Part shown: positions 1-9,216 of the stretch, piece after piece
How positions within the stretch are numbered: the first letter of the stretch is position 1
How the letters are laid out: each line of letters starts with the position of its first letter
NCBI GenBank assembly: GCA_964416155.1
Contig: CAYQCW010000006.1
Location: 53,645-117,644 of the forward strand
DNA: 64,000 bases
Source: an uncultured Nitrososphaerota archaeon
GTDB lineage: Archaea; Thermoproteota; EX4484-205; JAAOZP01
Direction of reading: 5' to 3'
The notes under the pieces: generated by a model
Databases searched by the model: none
The model's input: the letters and a program-made list of their open reading frames with translations, nothing else
Told to the model about the DNA's origin: nothing
Program-made: the position numbers and the translations under genes

Positions 1-23
1 CAAGTTTTTCCCAAGGATTTTCC

Positions 24-87
24 GGTTTTTTAATTCTTGTCGTTTTACGACTAGAGGTTTTTTAATTCTTGTCGTTTTACGACTAGA
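24..87. repeat. Perfect 32-bp tandem duplication, each unit containing a hairpin
   Basis: ggttttttaattcttgtcgttttacgactaga at 24-55 and 56-87; internal inverted repeat gtcgt-ttt-acgac. Confidence 0.95.
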
Positions 88-125
88 TGGTCTTAAGCTG
101 TCTAAAATCGCAATGGGTAGACGCG

Positions 126-1202
126 CTAGGTTAATTCAACCGGCCTCCTACCGTGTTTCCTGCATGCTTCAAAATATGCTTCAAGATTCTCAATCGGCAC
201 GTTATCCGGTATGGAGCCGGAGACGTTTATGAAGTAACCCGGGTATCCACCGGCTATTCTTAAGCATCTTTTAACCTCGTTCACAACGTCTTCAACACTC
301 CCGTAGGTTAAAACACCGATGTCCACGCCCCCAACTATAACCTTCTCAAACCCGTGTTTCTCAACTATGCTGTGTAGGTCGCTGCACTCCTCCAGTATGA
401 ACCCGTCCGCCCCAGCCCTAGCTATGTCGTCAACTATCTGCGTGACATCGCCGTCTGAGCAGAAGAGTACCCTTATCCCTTTCGACTTTAAAATGCTCCA
501 GAGCTCTTCGTAGCGTGGGAAAACGTGTCTCCTGAGCCACTTCGGCGGGAAGAATGGTCCTCTCGTGGAGCAGATGTCGTCGTGGCTTATAAAAACCTTT
601 ATGCCTGTTTCCGCCCATGCTTCGAACTCGAGCGTCGAGACCCGGTGGAACCTTTCCAAGAGTTTTCCGAAGCGCTTCGGGTCGCGGTATGCCGCTTTAA
701 CCGTCCACTCTAACCCGAAAGTCATTATTAGCCACATGAAGCACGTCTGGTATTTGCCTCCTGGGACCAGCTGGCTCCTGTAGAACGCCTGCTTCGCAGA
801 GTGCTCTCTTCTGAAGAACTCCGCCAGTTCCTCCCTGCTCGGTATTCTCCACTCCTCCAGCGGGTTGAACTCAAGAACATCTTCAACCGTTTTAACGTTG
901 AAAACTGTTCTCCATGTCGTGGGGTATGCTTCCGACCATGAGTCCACCCTAGTCTTGAAGGATTCTGTATTTCTTCCAAGAATATCCCAGGGGTGCACCG
1001 GGTCCCAAGTTGCCCAGATCATGTCTAGGTCAAGAGCATCATATGTCCTCCTGAGTGCTTCATCAGGCTGCTTCAAAGGATCGGTTCCCGAGACCTTCCT
1101 CGCGAAGCCAGTGTGGGAGATGAACTCGACTTGAGCCACCCGATCGGTTTCCTCCAGCATTACGGCTGCAAGACCCCTCTCGTAGCACATATTCCATGTC
1201 AA
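126..1202 (-). CDS. Uroporphyrinogen decarboxylase / MtaA-CmuA-like TIM-barrel protein
   Basis: 358-aa ORF; motifs HDDICS..GPFFPP, FCSDGD, GGVD, GSVEDV and the family-typical C-terminus SIPDNVPIENL; true start may be 1190 or 1160. Confidence 0.8.
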   Translation of the reverse strand: MTWNMCYERGLAAVMLEETDRVAQVEFISHTGFARKVSGTDPLKQPDEALRRTYDALDLDMIWATWDPVHPWDILGRNTESFKTRVDSWSEAYPTTWRTVFNVKTVEDVLEFNPLEEWRIPSREELAEFFRREHSAKQAFYRSQLVPGGKYQTCFMWLIMTFGLEWTVKAAYRDPKRFGKLLERFHRVSTLEFEAWAETGIKVFISHDDICSTRGPFFPPKWLRRHVFPRYEELWSILKSKGIRVLFCSDGDVTQIVDDIARAGADGFILEECSDLHSIVEKHGFEKVIVGGVDIGVLTYGSVEDVVNEVKRCLRIAGGYPGYFINVSGSIPDNVPIENLEAYFEACRKHGRRPVELT

Positions 1203-1370
1203 GCAGGTGGCTTAAGTTATAATGTTTTCACTTTAAACATAATGCTGATTTACCGCTGATACTAGGGGTTTTCAACGCATGTATTCTTGCCCCTAGATAC
1301 TCGAGCACTCTTTCAGCGTTCGGCGAGCATATAAGCACCCATGCCTACTTTAGAATTTGGAAATGCTTAT

Positions 1371-1390
1371 ATACAATGTAATACGATGTA
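1371..1390 (+). promoter_or_regulatory. Tandem quasi-palindromic operator after a TATA-like box
   Basis: atacaatgta atacgatgta directly upstream of the RHH gene start, overlapping cttatata. Confidence 0.5.
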
Positions 1391-1396
1391 TATATT

Positions 1397-1726
1397 ATGC
1401 AGAGAGCGGTTAAACAGAAAATCGTTCCAGTAAGGTTCGACGAGGAAGAGTTGGAAGCTATAGACGGCTTATTGAATAAGGTTAATGCTCGGTCCAGGAG
1501 TGAGTTCATACGTGAAGCTGTTAAGCATTACTTGGATACTGTTAGAGAGATAAGGTTTATTCAAATAAGGAGCGTTTCTAAGGCTCAGGCGAGGAAGGAG
1601 ATACTCAAATACCTTAAAAAAAGAAAGGAGGCAGATACTTTTGATATAGCTAATGACCTTAGGCTTGATCTGGGTCTTACTATCAGGGTTCTTAAAGAGC
1701 TCTGGGAGGAGGGAAAAGTCAGTTGA
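1397..1726 (+). CDS. Ribbon-helix-helix (CopG/Arc) protein with C-terminal winged-HTH
   Basis: IVPVRFDEEELEAIDGLL..SRSEFIREAV (RHH) followed by ADTFDIANDLRLDL..LKELWEEGKV (wHTH). Confidence 0.8.
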   Translation: MQRAVKQKIVPVRFDEEELEAIDGLLNKVNARSRSEFIREAVKHYLDTVREIRFIQIRSVSKAQARKEILKYLKKRKEADTFDIANDLRLDLGLTIRVLKELWEEGKVS

Positions 1727-1905
1727 TTGGTAGAGCGGAGAGAGATAAACTTGTTGGTGAACAGATCGTGGTTGAGTGTAGGAGAATCAGGGGACCTGTG
1801 CTGATACATAAGACTGGAGGGCACAGAGCGCAGAGGATAATCGCGTATGGTTTTCCCGCGGAAGCATGGATAACTAGAAAATGGAGGATTGTTGAAAAAA
1901 CATAA
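1723..1905 (+). CDS. Small hypothetical protein coupled to the RHH gene (possibly an internally deleted partner)
   Basis: 60-aa ORF whose start overlaps the upstream stop; no recognisable family. Confidence 0.35.
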   Translation: MIGRAERDKLVGEQIVVECRRIRGPVLIHKTGGHRAQRIIAYGFPAEAWITRKWRIVEKT

Positions 1906-1948
1906 CGATGTATCTCCTCATCTAACTCCTCACGGTTCCTAAAATATA

Positions 1949-4267
1949 CTAAAGACTGACGGCTAGGAGTTCTGTGCCTTCCGACGGGATTATCAGTGTG
2001 CCCAACGCGTCCGTTTTAGCTGTTCCCCCCTCAATTGACTTAACCCTGCTTATCCCCCTTAGAAGGAGGAACCATTTTTTAGATGAGCCGCCAGCCTTAA
2101 CCATGATGCTTCCCCCTGCTCTACTCGCCTCCAGGGTCATAGCAACACTGCCTTTAACTGTTGGAACCCGAGCGTAAGCCCTTGAGCCCTCTTGAAGCTC
2201 GAATAAGTGGAATACTACTCCGTCCGCGTAATCGTAGTCAGGCTTCTGATCGTTGCCGCCCACGGGTATGATTGTGTTCGGCCTAGCCATCAGCGGTAGG
2301 CTCAAATACCCGTGTTTCTCGCGCACCCAGCGCCGGCCCTCAACCACCTGCCCGGTTATGAAGTTCGTCCACCTTCCCTCGGGCAGATAGTAGTCTACAA
2401 TCCCCTCGGGCGAGAATACTGGCGCGACGAGCAGCGATTCTCCCAGCATGTACTGGCGGTCCAAGTGATCGCAGGCAGGGTCCTCGGGGAACTCCAGCAT
2501 CATTGGCCGCATCACTGGCACGCCCTTCTCATGGGCTTCGCACGCAGCGTTGAAAACATATGGCATAAGCCTACACTTAAGCCTGGTGAAGAAGCGCAGT
2601 ACTTCCACGGCCTCCTCGTCGAAAACCCAGGGCACCCGATACGTGCTGCTACCGTGTAGGCGGCTGTGCGAGGAGAGAAGGCCGAACGCGCACCAGCGCT
2701 TGTAGAGATCCGGCGAGGGTGTTTGCTCGAATCCTCCAATATCGTGGCTCCAGAACCCGAATCCTGAGAGGCTGAGCGAGAGCCCTCCCCTGAGGCTTTC
2801 AGCCATAGACTCGTATGCTGAGGTGGAGTCTCCTCCCCAGTGGACTGGGAACCTTTGACAGCCCGCTGTGGCTGAGCGGGCGAAGACAACTGCCCCACCC
2901 ACGCCGAACCCCTCCTCTAAAACCTCGAAGACAGTCTTGTTATACAGGTATGTATAGTAGTTGTGCATCTTTAAAGGGTCTGAACCATCATGGTAGATAA
3001 CGTTCGTCGGGATCCGCTCCCCGAAGTCTGTTTTGAAACAGTCTACACCCATTTCTACTAGTTTGCGTAGCTTATCCTTGAACCAGCGGCATGCTTCAGG
3101 GTTTGTGAAGTCAACTATTCCTATTCCAGCCTGCCAGTCATCCGTCTGCCAAACATCCCCGCCGGGCTTCCTGAGCAGGAAGCCTTTTTCAACAGCCTCG
3201 TCGAAAAGCTCTGATTGCTGGGCGATATACGGGTTTATCCAGACGCAGATACGCACGCCCAGCTTCTTCAGCCTCTTAAGCATCTCACCCGGATTTGGGA
3301 AGACCCGTTCATCCCATTTGAAGTCGCACCAGTGAAGCTGCTTCATCCAGAAGCAGTCGAAGTGGAAAACATGAAGAGGAATTTTTCTCTCGACCATCCC
3401 GTTTATAATGCTGGTTACCATCTCCTCATCGTAGTCTGTGGTGAACGAAGTGGTTAACCATAGGCCGAAGGACCATGCCGGCGGCAATGCTGGTCTCCCG
3501 ATTAAAGCAGTGTAGCGTGTTAAAACCTCCTTCGGCGAGGGCCCGTATACCAGGAAGTAATCCAAGTATTCCCCGGGCACGCTGAACTGTACTCTCTCCA
3601 CGTTTTCAGAGGCGATTTCGAAAGAGACGCGTTCAGGATGGTTGACGAACACGCCGTAGCCCCTGTTCGTCAAGTAGAACGGTATGTTCTTGTAGGCGTG
3701 CTCGCTTATTGTTCCAGCATCCTCGTTCCACATTTCAACAGTCTGACCGTTTTTAACGAAGCTGGTGAACCTTTCGCCCAGCCCGTAGACGTATTCCCCA
3801 ACACTCAGGGAAAGCTGCTCCCTCAAATATTTTCCTTCAGGAGCATCCATCAGCCCCATTCCCCTCCAGCCGCTGCTGGTGATAACATGGTCGCCGTCCT
3901 TAAACATCACCCGCCAGCCTCCTTTCTTCTCAACCCGGACAGTTAAGCTCCCGCTGGTCAGCGTCGCTGCCTGCGCATCCTCGTAAACCTCTGCTCTCGC
4001 CTCAGGATCCGTGTTTATCGGGAAAAAGGGTTTCGAGGACTTCCGCCCCTTATGGTGGAAAACCTGTACGCGGATAATGTTTGCCATGGGGGACGTGAAG
4101 CGGATGGTTAACAAGGGTAGGCTTATGGTGTCGGCGCGGTGGGCTACTCGTCTGGTTGCGGCGTAGACGGTTAGGGAACTGGGCTCAGCCTTAACCTCTT
4201 GAACCTGCACAGGGTAGTGGGGTGTGACGCCTGGGCGCATGCGCCAAAAACCCTCGGTGAACCTCAT
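1949..4267 (-). CDS. yicI: Alpha-xylosidase, glycoside hydrolase family 31
   Basis: 772 aa; MRFTEGFW start, GLWLTTSF, HFDCFWM, catalytic FKTDFGERIP, HWGGD, SHDIGGFE, LLSSHSRLHG. Confidence 0.93.
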   Translation of the reverse strand: MRFTEGFWRMRPGVTPHYPVQVQEVKAEPSSLTVYAATRRVAHRADTISLPLLTIRFTSPMANIIRVQVFHHKGRKSSKPFFPINTDPEARAEVYEDAQAATLTSGSLTVRVEKKGGWRVMFKDGDHVITSSGWRGMGLMDAPEGKYLREQLSLSVGEYVYGLGERFTSFVKNGQTVEMWNEDAGTISEHAYKNIPFYLTNRGYGVFVNHPERVSFEIASENVERVQFSVPGEYLDYFLVYGPSPKEVLTRYTALIGRPALPPAWSFGLWLTTSFTTDYDEEMVTSIINGMVERKIPLHVFHFDCFWMKQLHWCDFKWDERVFPNPGEMLKRLKKLGVRICVWINPYIAQQSELFDEAVEKGFLLRKPGGDVWQTDDWQAGIGIVDFTNPEACRWFKDKLRKLVEMGVDCFKTDFGERIPTNVIYHDGSDPLKMHNYYTYLYNKTVFEVLEEGFGVGGAVVFARSATAGCQRFPVHWGGDSTSAYESMAESLRGGLSLSLSGFGFWSHDIGGFEQTPSPDLYKRWCAFGLLSSHSRLHGSSTYRVPWVFDEEAVEVLRFFTRLKCRLMPYVFNAACEAHEKGVPVMRPMMLEFPEDPACDHLDRQYMLGESLLVAPVFSPEGIVDYYLPEGRWTNFITGQVVEGRRWVREKHGYLSLPLMARPNTIIPVGGNDQKPDYDYADGVVFHLFELQEGSRAYARVPTVKGSVAMTLEASRAGGSIMVKAGGSSKKWFLLLRGISRVKSIEGGTAKTDALGTLIIPSEGTELLAVSL

Positions 4268-4306
4268 TGCTTTTCGAATAAGACGGCTACGGTTCGCATT
4301 ATAAAC

Positions 4307-5431
4307 CTAGCTCCCGTTAACCCTTTCCCCGGGTTTTAAGATGTTTGAACCCTTTAGCGCGCGCGGGTGCTCCTTAAGCCTCTCATCCAGGTAGAGAAGT
4401 ATTGTGAAGCCTCCGATAACCATTAGGATTAAACCTATCGCGCTGACGATTGACGTCTGGCTGCTTCCAGGCTTAACAGTAACGGTTAACCTATGCTCGT
4501 CAAGCTGCTCTCCTCCTCCGAAAACCTTCACCACCAACTCCCCCCCATTCTGGGCGTACACGGGAAACCTTAATGATGCTTCCCCGCCGGGCTTAAGGCT
4601 GATCTTCCTGGCTTGTTCAAAGCCTTCCTCGATTAGAACGACTGTGAAAACACCCTCCTTGTCCCCCGTGTTTCTAACACTCACTTGAAGGGACGAGGTT
4701 GCGTTTGAAAACCTTGCTGCAGACACCTCTGCCCTGAGCCTGACGGGTGTGCCGGAGACTACAACCCCGGGTATTCGGAGTGTGAGAACATAGTTGTCAG
4801 GGGCATCCGCCTCGTTCGTGTTCAACCATTGCAGCCGGGTGGTGTTCGCGACGAAGGGGGGCTTAGCCCAAGTCGGGTCCACCGTGAAATTAAGCAGCCT
4901 AACCCTCCCCGGGAACCTGAGGTCCATAACGTCTATCCAGCTGCGCGGGTCCGTGAGCGTGAAATAGTCTGTGACAACCACTTGGTAAACTTCTCCGCCT
5001 AGCGGTATGAGGCTGCTCGTGGTGTTCAAGAATATGTCGACGGTAAGAGTCACCGCGCCGTTAAGCGTCTCCATCACGCCCGGCGTGCCCGTGTTGCAAA
5101 AGACCTGCTCGTCAGGCTCCAGCTTTGACTGGGAGTGGATCACGTAGAATGTTTTAGAAGGGTCTGTCGTGAAGAAGAGCAGGACTAGGGTTAGGGTTGA
5201 ATCCTGTCCGCTGACGATTCTTTCTACAACCTCGTTGTTCGAAATAAGGCTTCTGCCGGCTGCGTCGAAAGGATGCTGCTTTAAAGTTACCCTAGCTATC
5301 CCGTTATCCATGAACTCCACCTTCATGTTGAGCCCGATCAGATAGTTCAACTGGGGTTTAGCGGGAAGGGTTATCAGCGTCGTTGAAACCGCTATGACCA
5401 GGATCGACACTAGTATTCTTGAAATCCTCAA
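4307..5431 (-). CDS. Secreted, C-terminally membrane-anchored protein with CARDB/Ig-like domain
   Basis: Signal peptide; VSVRNTG..LKPGGEASLRF CARDB-like motif; C-terminal TM; start overlaps the upstream stop. Confidence 0.7.
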   Translation of the reverse strand: MRISRILVSILVIAVSTTLITLPAKPQLNYLIGLNMKVEFMDNGIARVTLKQHPFDAAGRSLISNNEVVERIVSGQDSTLTLVLLFFTTDPSKTFYVIHSQSKLEPDEQVFCNTGTPGVMETLNGAVTLTVDIFLNTTSSLIPLGGEVYQVVVTDYFTLTDPRSWIDVMDLRFPGRVRLLNFTVDPTWAKPPFVANTTRLQWLNTNEADAPDNYVLTLRIPGVVVSGTPVRLRAEVSAARFSNATSSLQVSVRNTGDKEGVFTVVLIEEGFEQARKISLKPGGEASLRFPVYAQNGGELVVKVFGGGEQLDEHRLTVTVKPGSSQTSIVSAIGLILMVIGGFTILLYLDERLKEHPRALKGSNILKPGERVNGS

Positions 5432-6462
5432 GACTGAGCCCTCCTGAAAGCGAAGTGGAAAAAGTCTGTCTCCAGATACATCGCCTGACAGTAGAGCATG
5501 GTTGAACCCAGGAAGCTCTTCTCTTCAAAGCCGTACTTAACATGATACTGGGAGAAGTCGCCTATTTTAACAGTCCGTCCTTCGAGGAGCTCGACATCAA
5601 CCCATCCTGCTCGCGGAACATATATCTGGGGCCAAGCGTGCCCACCCCAGTTGTCTGATGTATCGTAACCCGTTTCAGTCCTCCTTATCCACATCGTCAC
5701 AACATCCTTGTCCTCAAGCAGGTAGAGGCCGTGCACCACTCTCGAACGTATTCCAAGTATTCTTGCGAGTGTTACGAAAACGTCGGCAACCTCCTCGCAG
5801 TCGCCTGAGACTATCAGCCTGCCGCCCCTTGTAATAAGCGCGCGCTCCGCGCCTCTTCTCCAAGTCGGCTGGTAGTCAAGCCTGGCAAGTATCCATCTAC
5901 CAATGCTGCTGCATGCTTCAACAGGATCCTTCGAGTCTAAGCCGATGCTCTGAGCTATTGAAACATAGGTCTGGTTTTCAACAGCCCAGTACCTTTTACC
6001 CCCCGTGTTCTTCTCAACCTGAGAATAGTTAAGCCAAGGAATGTTCTCCATGAGAAGCCTGTATTTTTCAACAACCACTTGAAGCGTGGCGTTGAGCCAC
6101 ATGGTTTCTCCCCCCTGCAGGCTCACGTTGTAGACGAGCATCAGGACACCGTCTTCGCCGCTTTTCCTGTATAATGGTTCCATGCTTGTCTCCAAGAGCC
6201 TTGCGAACTGGTTGCTCGCGTTAACCGGGAGCCACATGTAAACCAGGTCCACCACAGTATTGTTAGAAGGGTTTCTAAGCAGGAAGCTTTGGCTCAGAAT
6301 ATAGGTGTAGTTGCGTTTCTCCATGTACTCCACCCGGGCTTCTCTCGACACCGCCCCATTACCCCCCTGGGAATACTGTGTTTTACCAGGCGGGAAGCCC
6401 AATACTAGGCTGACGCCGATTAAGGTTAAAACCAGTCCCGCGATAAGCTTTACATGCTGCAA
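5428..6462 (-). CDS. Transglutaminase-like superfamily protein, N-terminally anchored or secreted
   Basis: GDCEEVADVFVTLARILGIRSRVVHG, GHAWPQIY, GWVDVE give the Cys-His-Asp triad; hydrophobic N-terminus. Confidence 0.88.
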   Translation of the reverse strand: MQHVKLIAGLVLTLIGVSLVLGFPPGKTQYSQGGNGAVSREARVEYMEKRNYTYILSQSFLLRNPSNNTVVDLVYMWLPVNASNQFARLLETSMEPLYRKSGEDGVLMLVYNVSLQGGETMWLNATLQVVVEKYRLLMENIPWLNYSQVEKNTGGKRYWAVENQTYVSIAQSIGLDSKDPVEACSSIGRWILARLDYQPTWRRGAERALITRGGRLIVSGDCEEVADVFVTLARILGIRSRVVHGLYLLEDKDVVTMWIRRTETGYDTSDNWGGHAWPQIYVPRAGWVDVELLEGRTVKIGDFSQYHVKYGFEEKSFLGSTMLYCQAMYLETDFFHFAFRRAQS

Positions 6463-6463
6463 C

Positions 6464-7861
6464 TTAATCCAGGCATGTATCCTTAGTTTTTAAACTTTCA
6501 GCGAAAATCTTCGGCGGTTTCCACCTGAGGCGCGCACTTGCCCTTCTTAAAGAGTTCACGTCTCGCACAAGTGTGCAGCCTGAAAACGCTGCCAGCAGGA
6601 GGACTATAATGCTCCAAGCGGGAGCAGCCTCTTTTTCAACACGGCTCGCGTCCGAAATATCTTTAAAACTGTTTTCCACAGGGGTGTTTAGATTAGGCAA
6701 TGCTTCCCCATCTGTTATGTTGCCCCTAGGGTTTTTTATTCTCCAAGACACATCCCCGTATATCACCTTGTTAAGGTAGAAATTGTACGGGCTGAATGAC
6801 GGCTTGGACGGTGAGAAAAAACTCGTGTCGAGAAGGTATGTTTCAACAGCCTCCAGGAATGATTGACCCACGTCTCCTGTGGCGAAAAACCTTTTCCAGA
6901 ATTCTGGTAGAATAGGGTTGTCAGACCATTCTGTTCTAGAACTGGCGATAACTAGGGCTGGTCCTCCTTCCGACGTGACGAGGACACGGGCCAGGCTTTC
7001 ACCCTCCAGGTCGAGTGCTCCCGCAAAGCAGGCGGCTATGTAGTGGACAGCGTAATTCTCCACTATTCTGCTCGCCTCATTGCAGGTTATTAGTGGTTTC
7101 AACTCCCCGTTCAACGTTCTCGTGAAAAGCGCATCCCGGCTGCCGTGTGTTATTGTCACCAGGTAGGTTACGTTTTTAAAGAGGGAAGATTCTAAGATGC
7201 TCGGCGTCGTGCCCAAGCGCGCCGGGCTGCAGGCGTCCAGCGTGTCCAGTAGCGAGTCAACGTTAACAGCCTGGTCCCTCAATATGAGGAAAAGGCCTGG
7301 CTGAAAATCTGCTTCCGCCCGAATAATCTTCTTGATTAAACGGTTTAATTCGTCCCCATTCCTCGCCGGCAGTCTTCCTACAGCGATCTTAGGAATGTTC
7401 CCGCCTAGGAGGCCGACTTCAGACTCGTTCCAGTCTGGGACACCGTAATACCAGTCGGACGGCTTATAGTTGAAGTCGGCAAGCCCAAGCTCGTCGCTCG
7501 GCGAGTAAACGTATTTCGTAGGCACATGCTCATATGTTCCCACGAGAAGAAGATACTTGACGCCGGAATGCTTGTGTTCTTCAGCGATGAACTCGTGGAG
7601 TTTTTCAGCGACGCTCTGTCCCGTTGCATTAACGCTGATCAGCTCGATCGGGTAGAACTTGGCTTTTACGCCCTGTGTTGCCTTAAAGTCTAAAAAGCCT
7701 TGCAGAATACTCCTGTAGGATTCGGGTCCGATGACGAGCAGATCGTAGCCCGCGGGTGTTTCCGCCCCGGCGTGATTAAGAGGCGAGCCACCCGTGAACA
7801 ATATTATCACTATCAATAGGACGAGCGTGGTGTTTTTACTAGGTCTGCTGGGGCCCGCCAC
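6464..7861 (-). CDS. Peptidase C25 (gingipain-like) cysteine protease, secreted with C-terminal TM
   Basis: YLLLVG, SDWYY, IAVGRLPAR, THGS (His) and AACFAG (Cys), YGD; signal peptide and C-terminal hydrophobic segment. Confidence 0.85.
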   Translation of the reverse strand: MAGPSRPSKNTTLVLLIVIILFTGGSPLNHAGAETPAGYDLLVIGPESYRSILQGFLDFKATQGVKAKFYPIELISVNATGQSVAEKLHEFIAEEHKHSGVKYLLLVGTYEHVPTKYVYSPSDELGLADFNYKPSDWYYGVPDWNESEVGLLGGNIPKIAVGRLPARNGDELNRLIKKIIRAEADFQPGLFLILRDQAVNVDSLLDTLDACSPARLGTTPSILESSLFKNVTYLVTITHGSRDALFTRTLNGELKPLITCNEASRIVENYAVHYIAACFAGALDLEGESLARVLVTSEGGPALVIASSRTEWSDNPILPEFWKRFFATGDVGQSFLEAVETYLLDTSFFSPSKPSFSPYNFYLNKVIYGDVSWRIKNPRGNITDGEALPNLNTPVENSFKDISDASRVEKEAAPAWSIIVLLLAAFSGCTLVRDVNSLRRASARLRWKPPKIFAESLKTKDTCLD

Positions 7862-7903
7862 AAGGGGAAATTAGAATTATCTATACTTATGACTAGGTTT
7901 GAT

Positions 7904-7949
7904 TTGAAAAATACAGACATTTGCTGTCTGCATTGAAAAATACAGACAT
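7904..7949. promoter_or_regulatory. 17-bp direct repeat pair upstream of the C25 operon (candidate operator)
   Basis: ttgaaaaatacagacat at 7904-7920 and 7933-7949 with an inverted tgtctg between. Confidence 0.55.
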
Positions 7950-8034
7950 GGTGGGGCGCTAAGAGGCCTGGGCTTTGTCTGAAAACTAAACTAGCGCGCT
8001 AATTCTGGAGAGACAACTAAACGGTTGTTCTTGG

Positions 8035-9138
8035 TTAGCCGAATTGCCACTGGCCTTTAGAATCCAGCAGTCCCACGGGTATTTTTCTAGACTGTTCACT
8101 CGTCATGTCCAGTTCAACAACGGAGAATCCTTTCAGAAACCCGTCTCTCACCAGGCTTCTCAGAAGGTCGGACAGTGAAGGATACTCCCGGTTAGACAGA
8201 TACAGCCTGGCGAAGAGTGTCAGCTTCATGATTTCTTTCTGGAAACTCAGGAGGAAAGGTGTTTGCAATAGGCCTGAGGCAAAGGTCTGCATCTCCGTTT
8301 CCCCTGGAAACTCCACTATTAACTGGAGGAGCCGGGAGTCCTCAAAGGGAAATGGGAGGATGTTTGCAACGTAGCCGAGGATCAGCCCATTAGCAGTCAG
8401 CTTCTTAATCCTGTTCGAAACTGTTGGAACCGAGACTCCCGTGATCCTTGCGATCTCAGACATTGAAGTCTGCGCATCACTCTCAAGGATGAGCATTATT
8501 TGAACATCCAGGGAATCGGCCTCCATACTGTAACCGGGAGGGTCGTCGAGAATTATGGGGCTAGACTCCGTCAGGCTCCTTCTTATATCGTTCCAGTTAA
8601 TCCTCCATCTTTTAGCCTCCGCGTCATAGTTTTTGAAACATGGTCCGACGCCAATTATTTCACCAAGGGGATGAACGCTGAGGCGCTTCACCCCGTATTT
8701 CTCCTTAAGACTGTTAAGCATCGATTCGTAAGCATTGTGGAAAGCGTAAGGTATTTTGAAGCCCACCAGGTAGCCTAGGCTCCCCAGTATCCTGTAGGAT
8801 TGAAACCAGTAGCTTAGGGATGAGACTCTCTCCATCAACTCTCCCTCGCCCCCCGCTTCAGGCTCTATCTCAACAATTGTTCTTCTAATACCTATCTTGT
8901 GGTAGGCCAGGTTCGTAAGTATTCTAAGCTTGAGGGACGCAGCCATTTTCTCCAGCCTCCTTGAGACTGTCGACGGAGCCACGTTTAACACTCTGGATAT
9001 TTCCGCAATGTTACTCGGGCCGCGCTTACGGACTTCTTCGATGATTTGCAAGTCTAGACTGTCCATCGAGTAGAACGAGCCGTACGGCTGTCTTAGAAAG
9101 TGGGCGTGTGTCTCACTGAGTTCCCTGAGCTCCTTCAA
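8035..9138 (-). CDS. Tandem (duplicated) Lrp/AsnC-type winged-HTH transcriptional regulator
   Basis: Two HTH modules: MDSLDLQII..NIAEISRVLNVAPSTVSRRL and DSLDVQIM..SMSEIARITGVSVPTVSNRIKKL; true start probably 9066. Confidence 0.85.
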   Translation of the reverse strand: MKELRELSETHAHFLRQPYGSFYSMDSLDLQIIEEVRKRGPSNIAEISRVLNVAPSTVSRRLEKMAASLKLRILTNLAYHKIGIRRTIVEIEPEAGGEGELMERVSSLSYWFQSYRILGSLGYLVGFKIPYAFHNAYESMLNSLKEKYGVKRLSVHPLGEIIGVGPCFKNYDAEAKRWRINWNDIRRSLTESSPIILDDPPGYSMEADSLDVQIMLILESDAQTSMSEIARITGVSVPTVSNRIKKLTANGLILGYVANILPFPFEDSRLLQLIVEFPGETEMQTFASGLLQTPFLLSFQKEIMKLTLFARLYLSNREYPSLSDLLRSLVRDGFLKGFSVVELDMTSEQSRKIPVGLLDSKGQWQFG

Positions 9139-9216
9139 CTTTCCATCGCTTCGCTTAACCTAAGTTCAACGGGACTATAAAGCCGTTGTTTGTTCACGAG
9201 TTGTCTGACTCCCATC

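Noticed and set aside
24-87. Possible CRISPR repeats (32 bp, palindromic)
   Set aside because: Only two copies, directly adjacent with no spacer, and no cas genes in the window.
1974-3946. Multiple 60-128-aa ORFs overlapping yicI, and similar ones inside other long genes
   Set aside because: Alternate-frame or antisense ORFs within well-supported genes, with no recognisable motifs.
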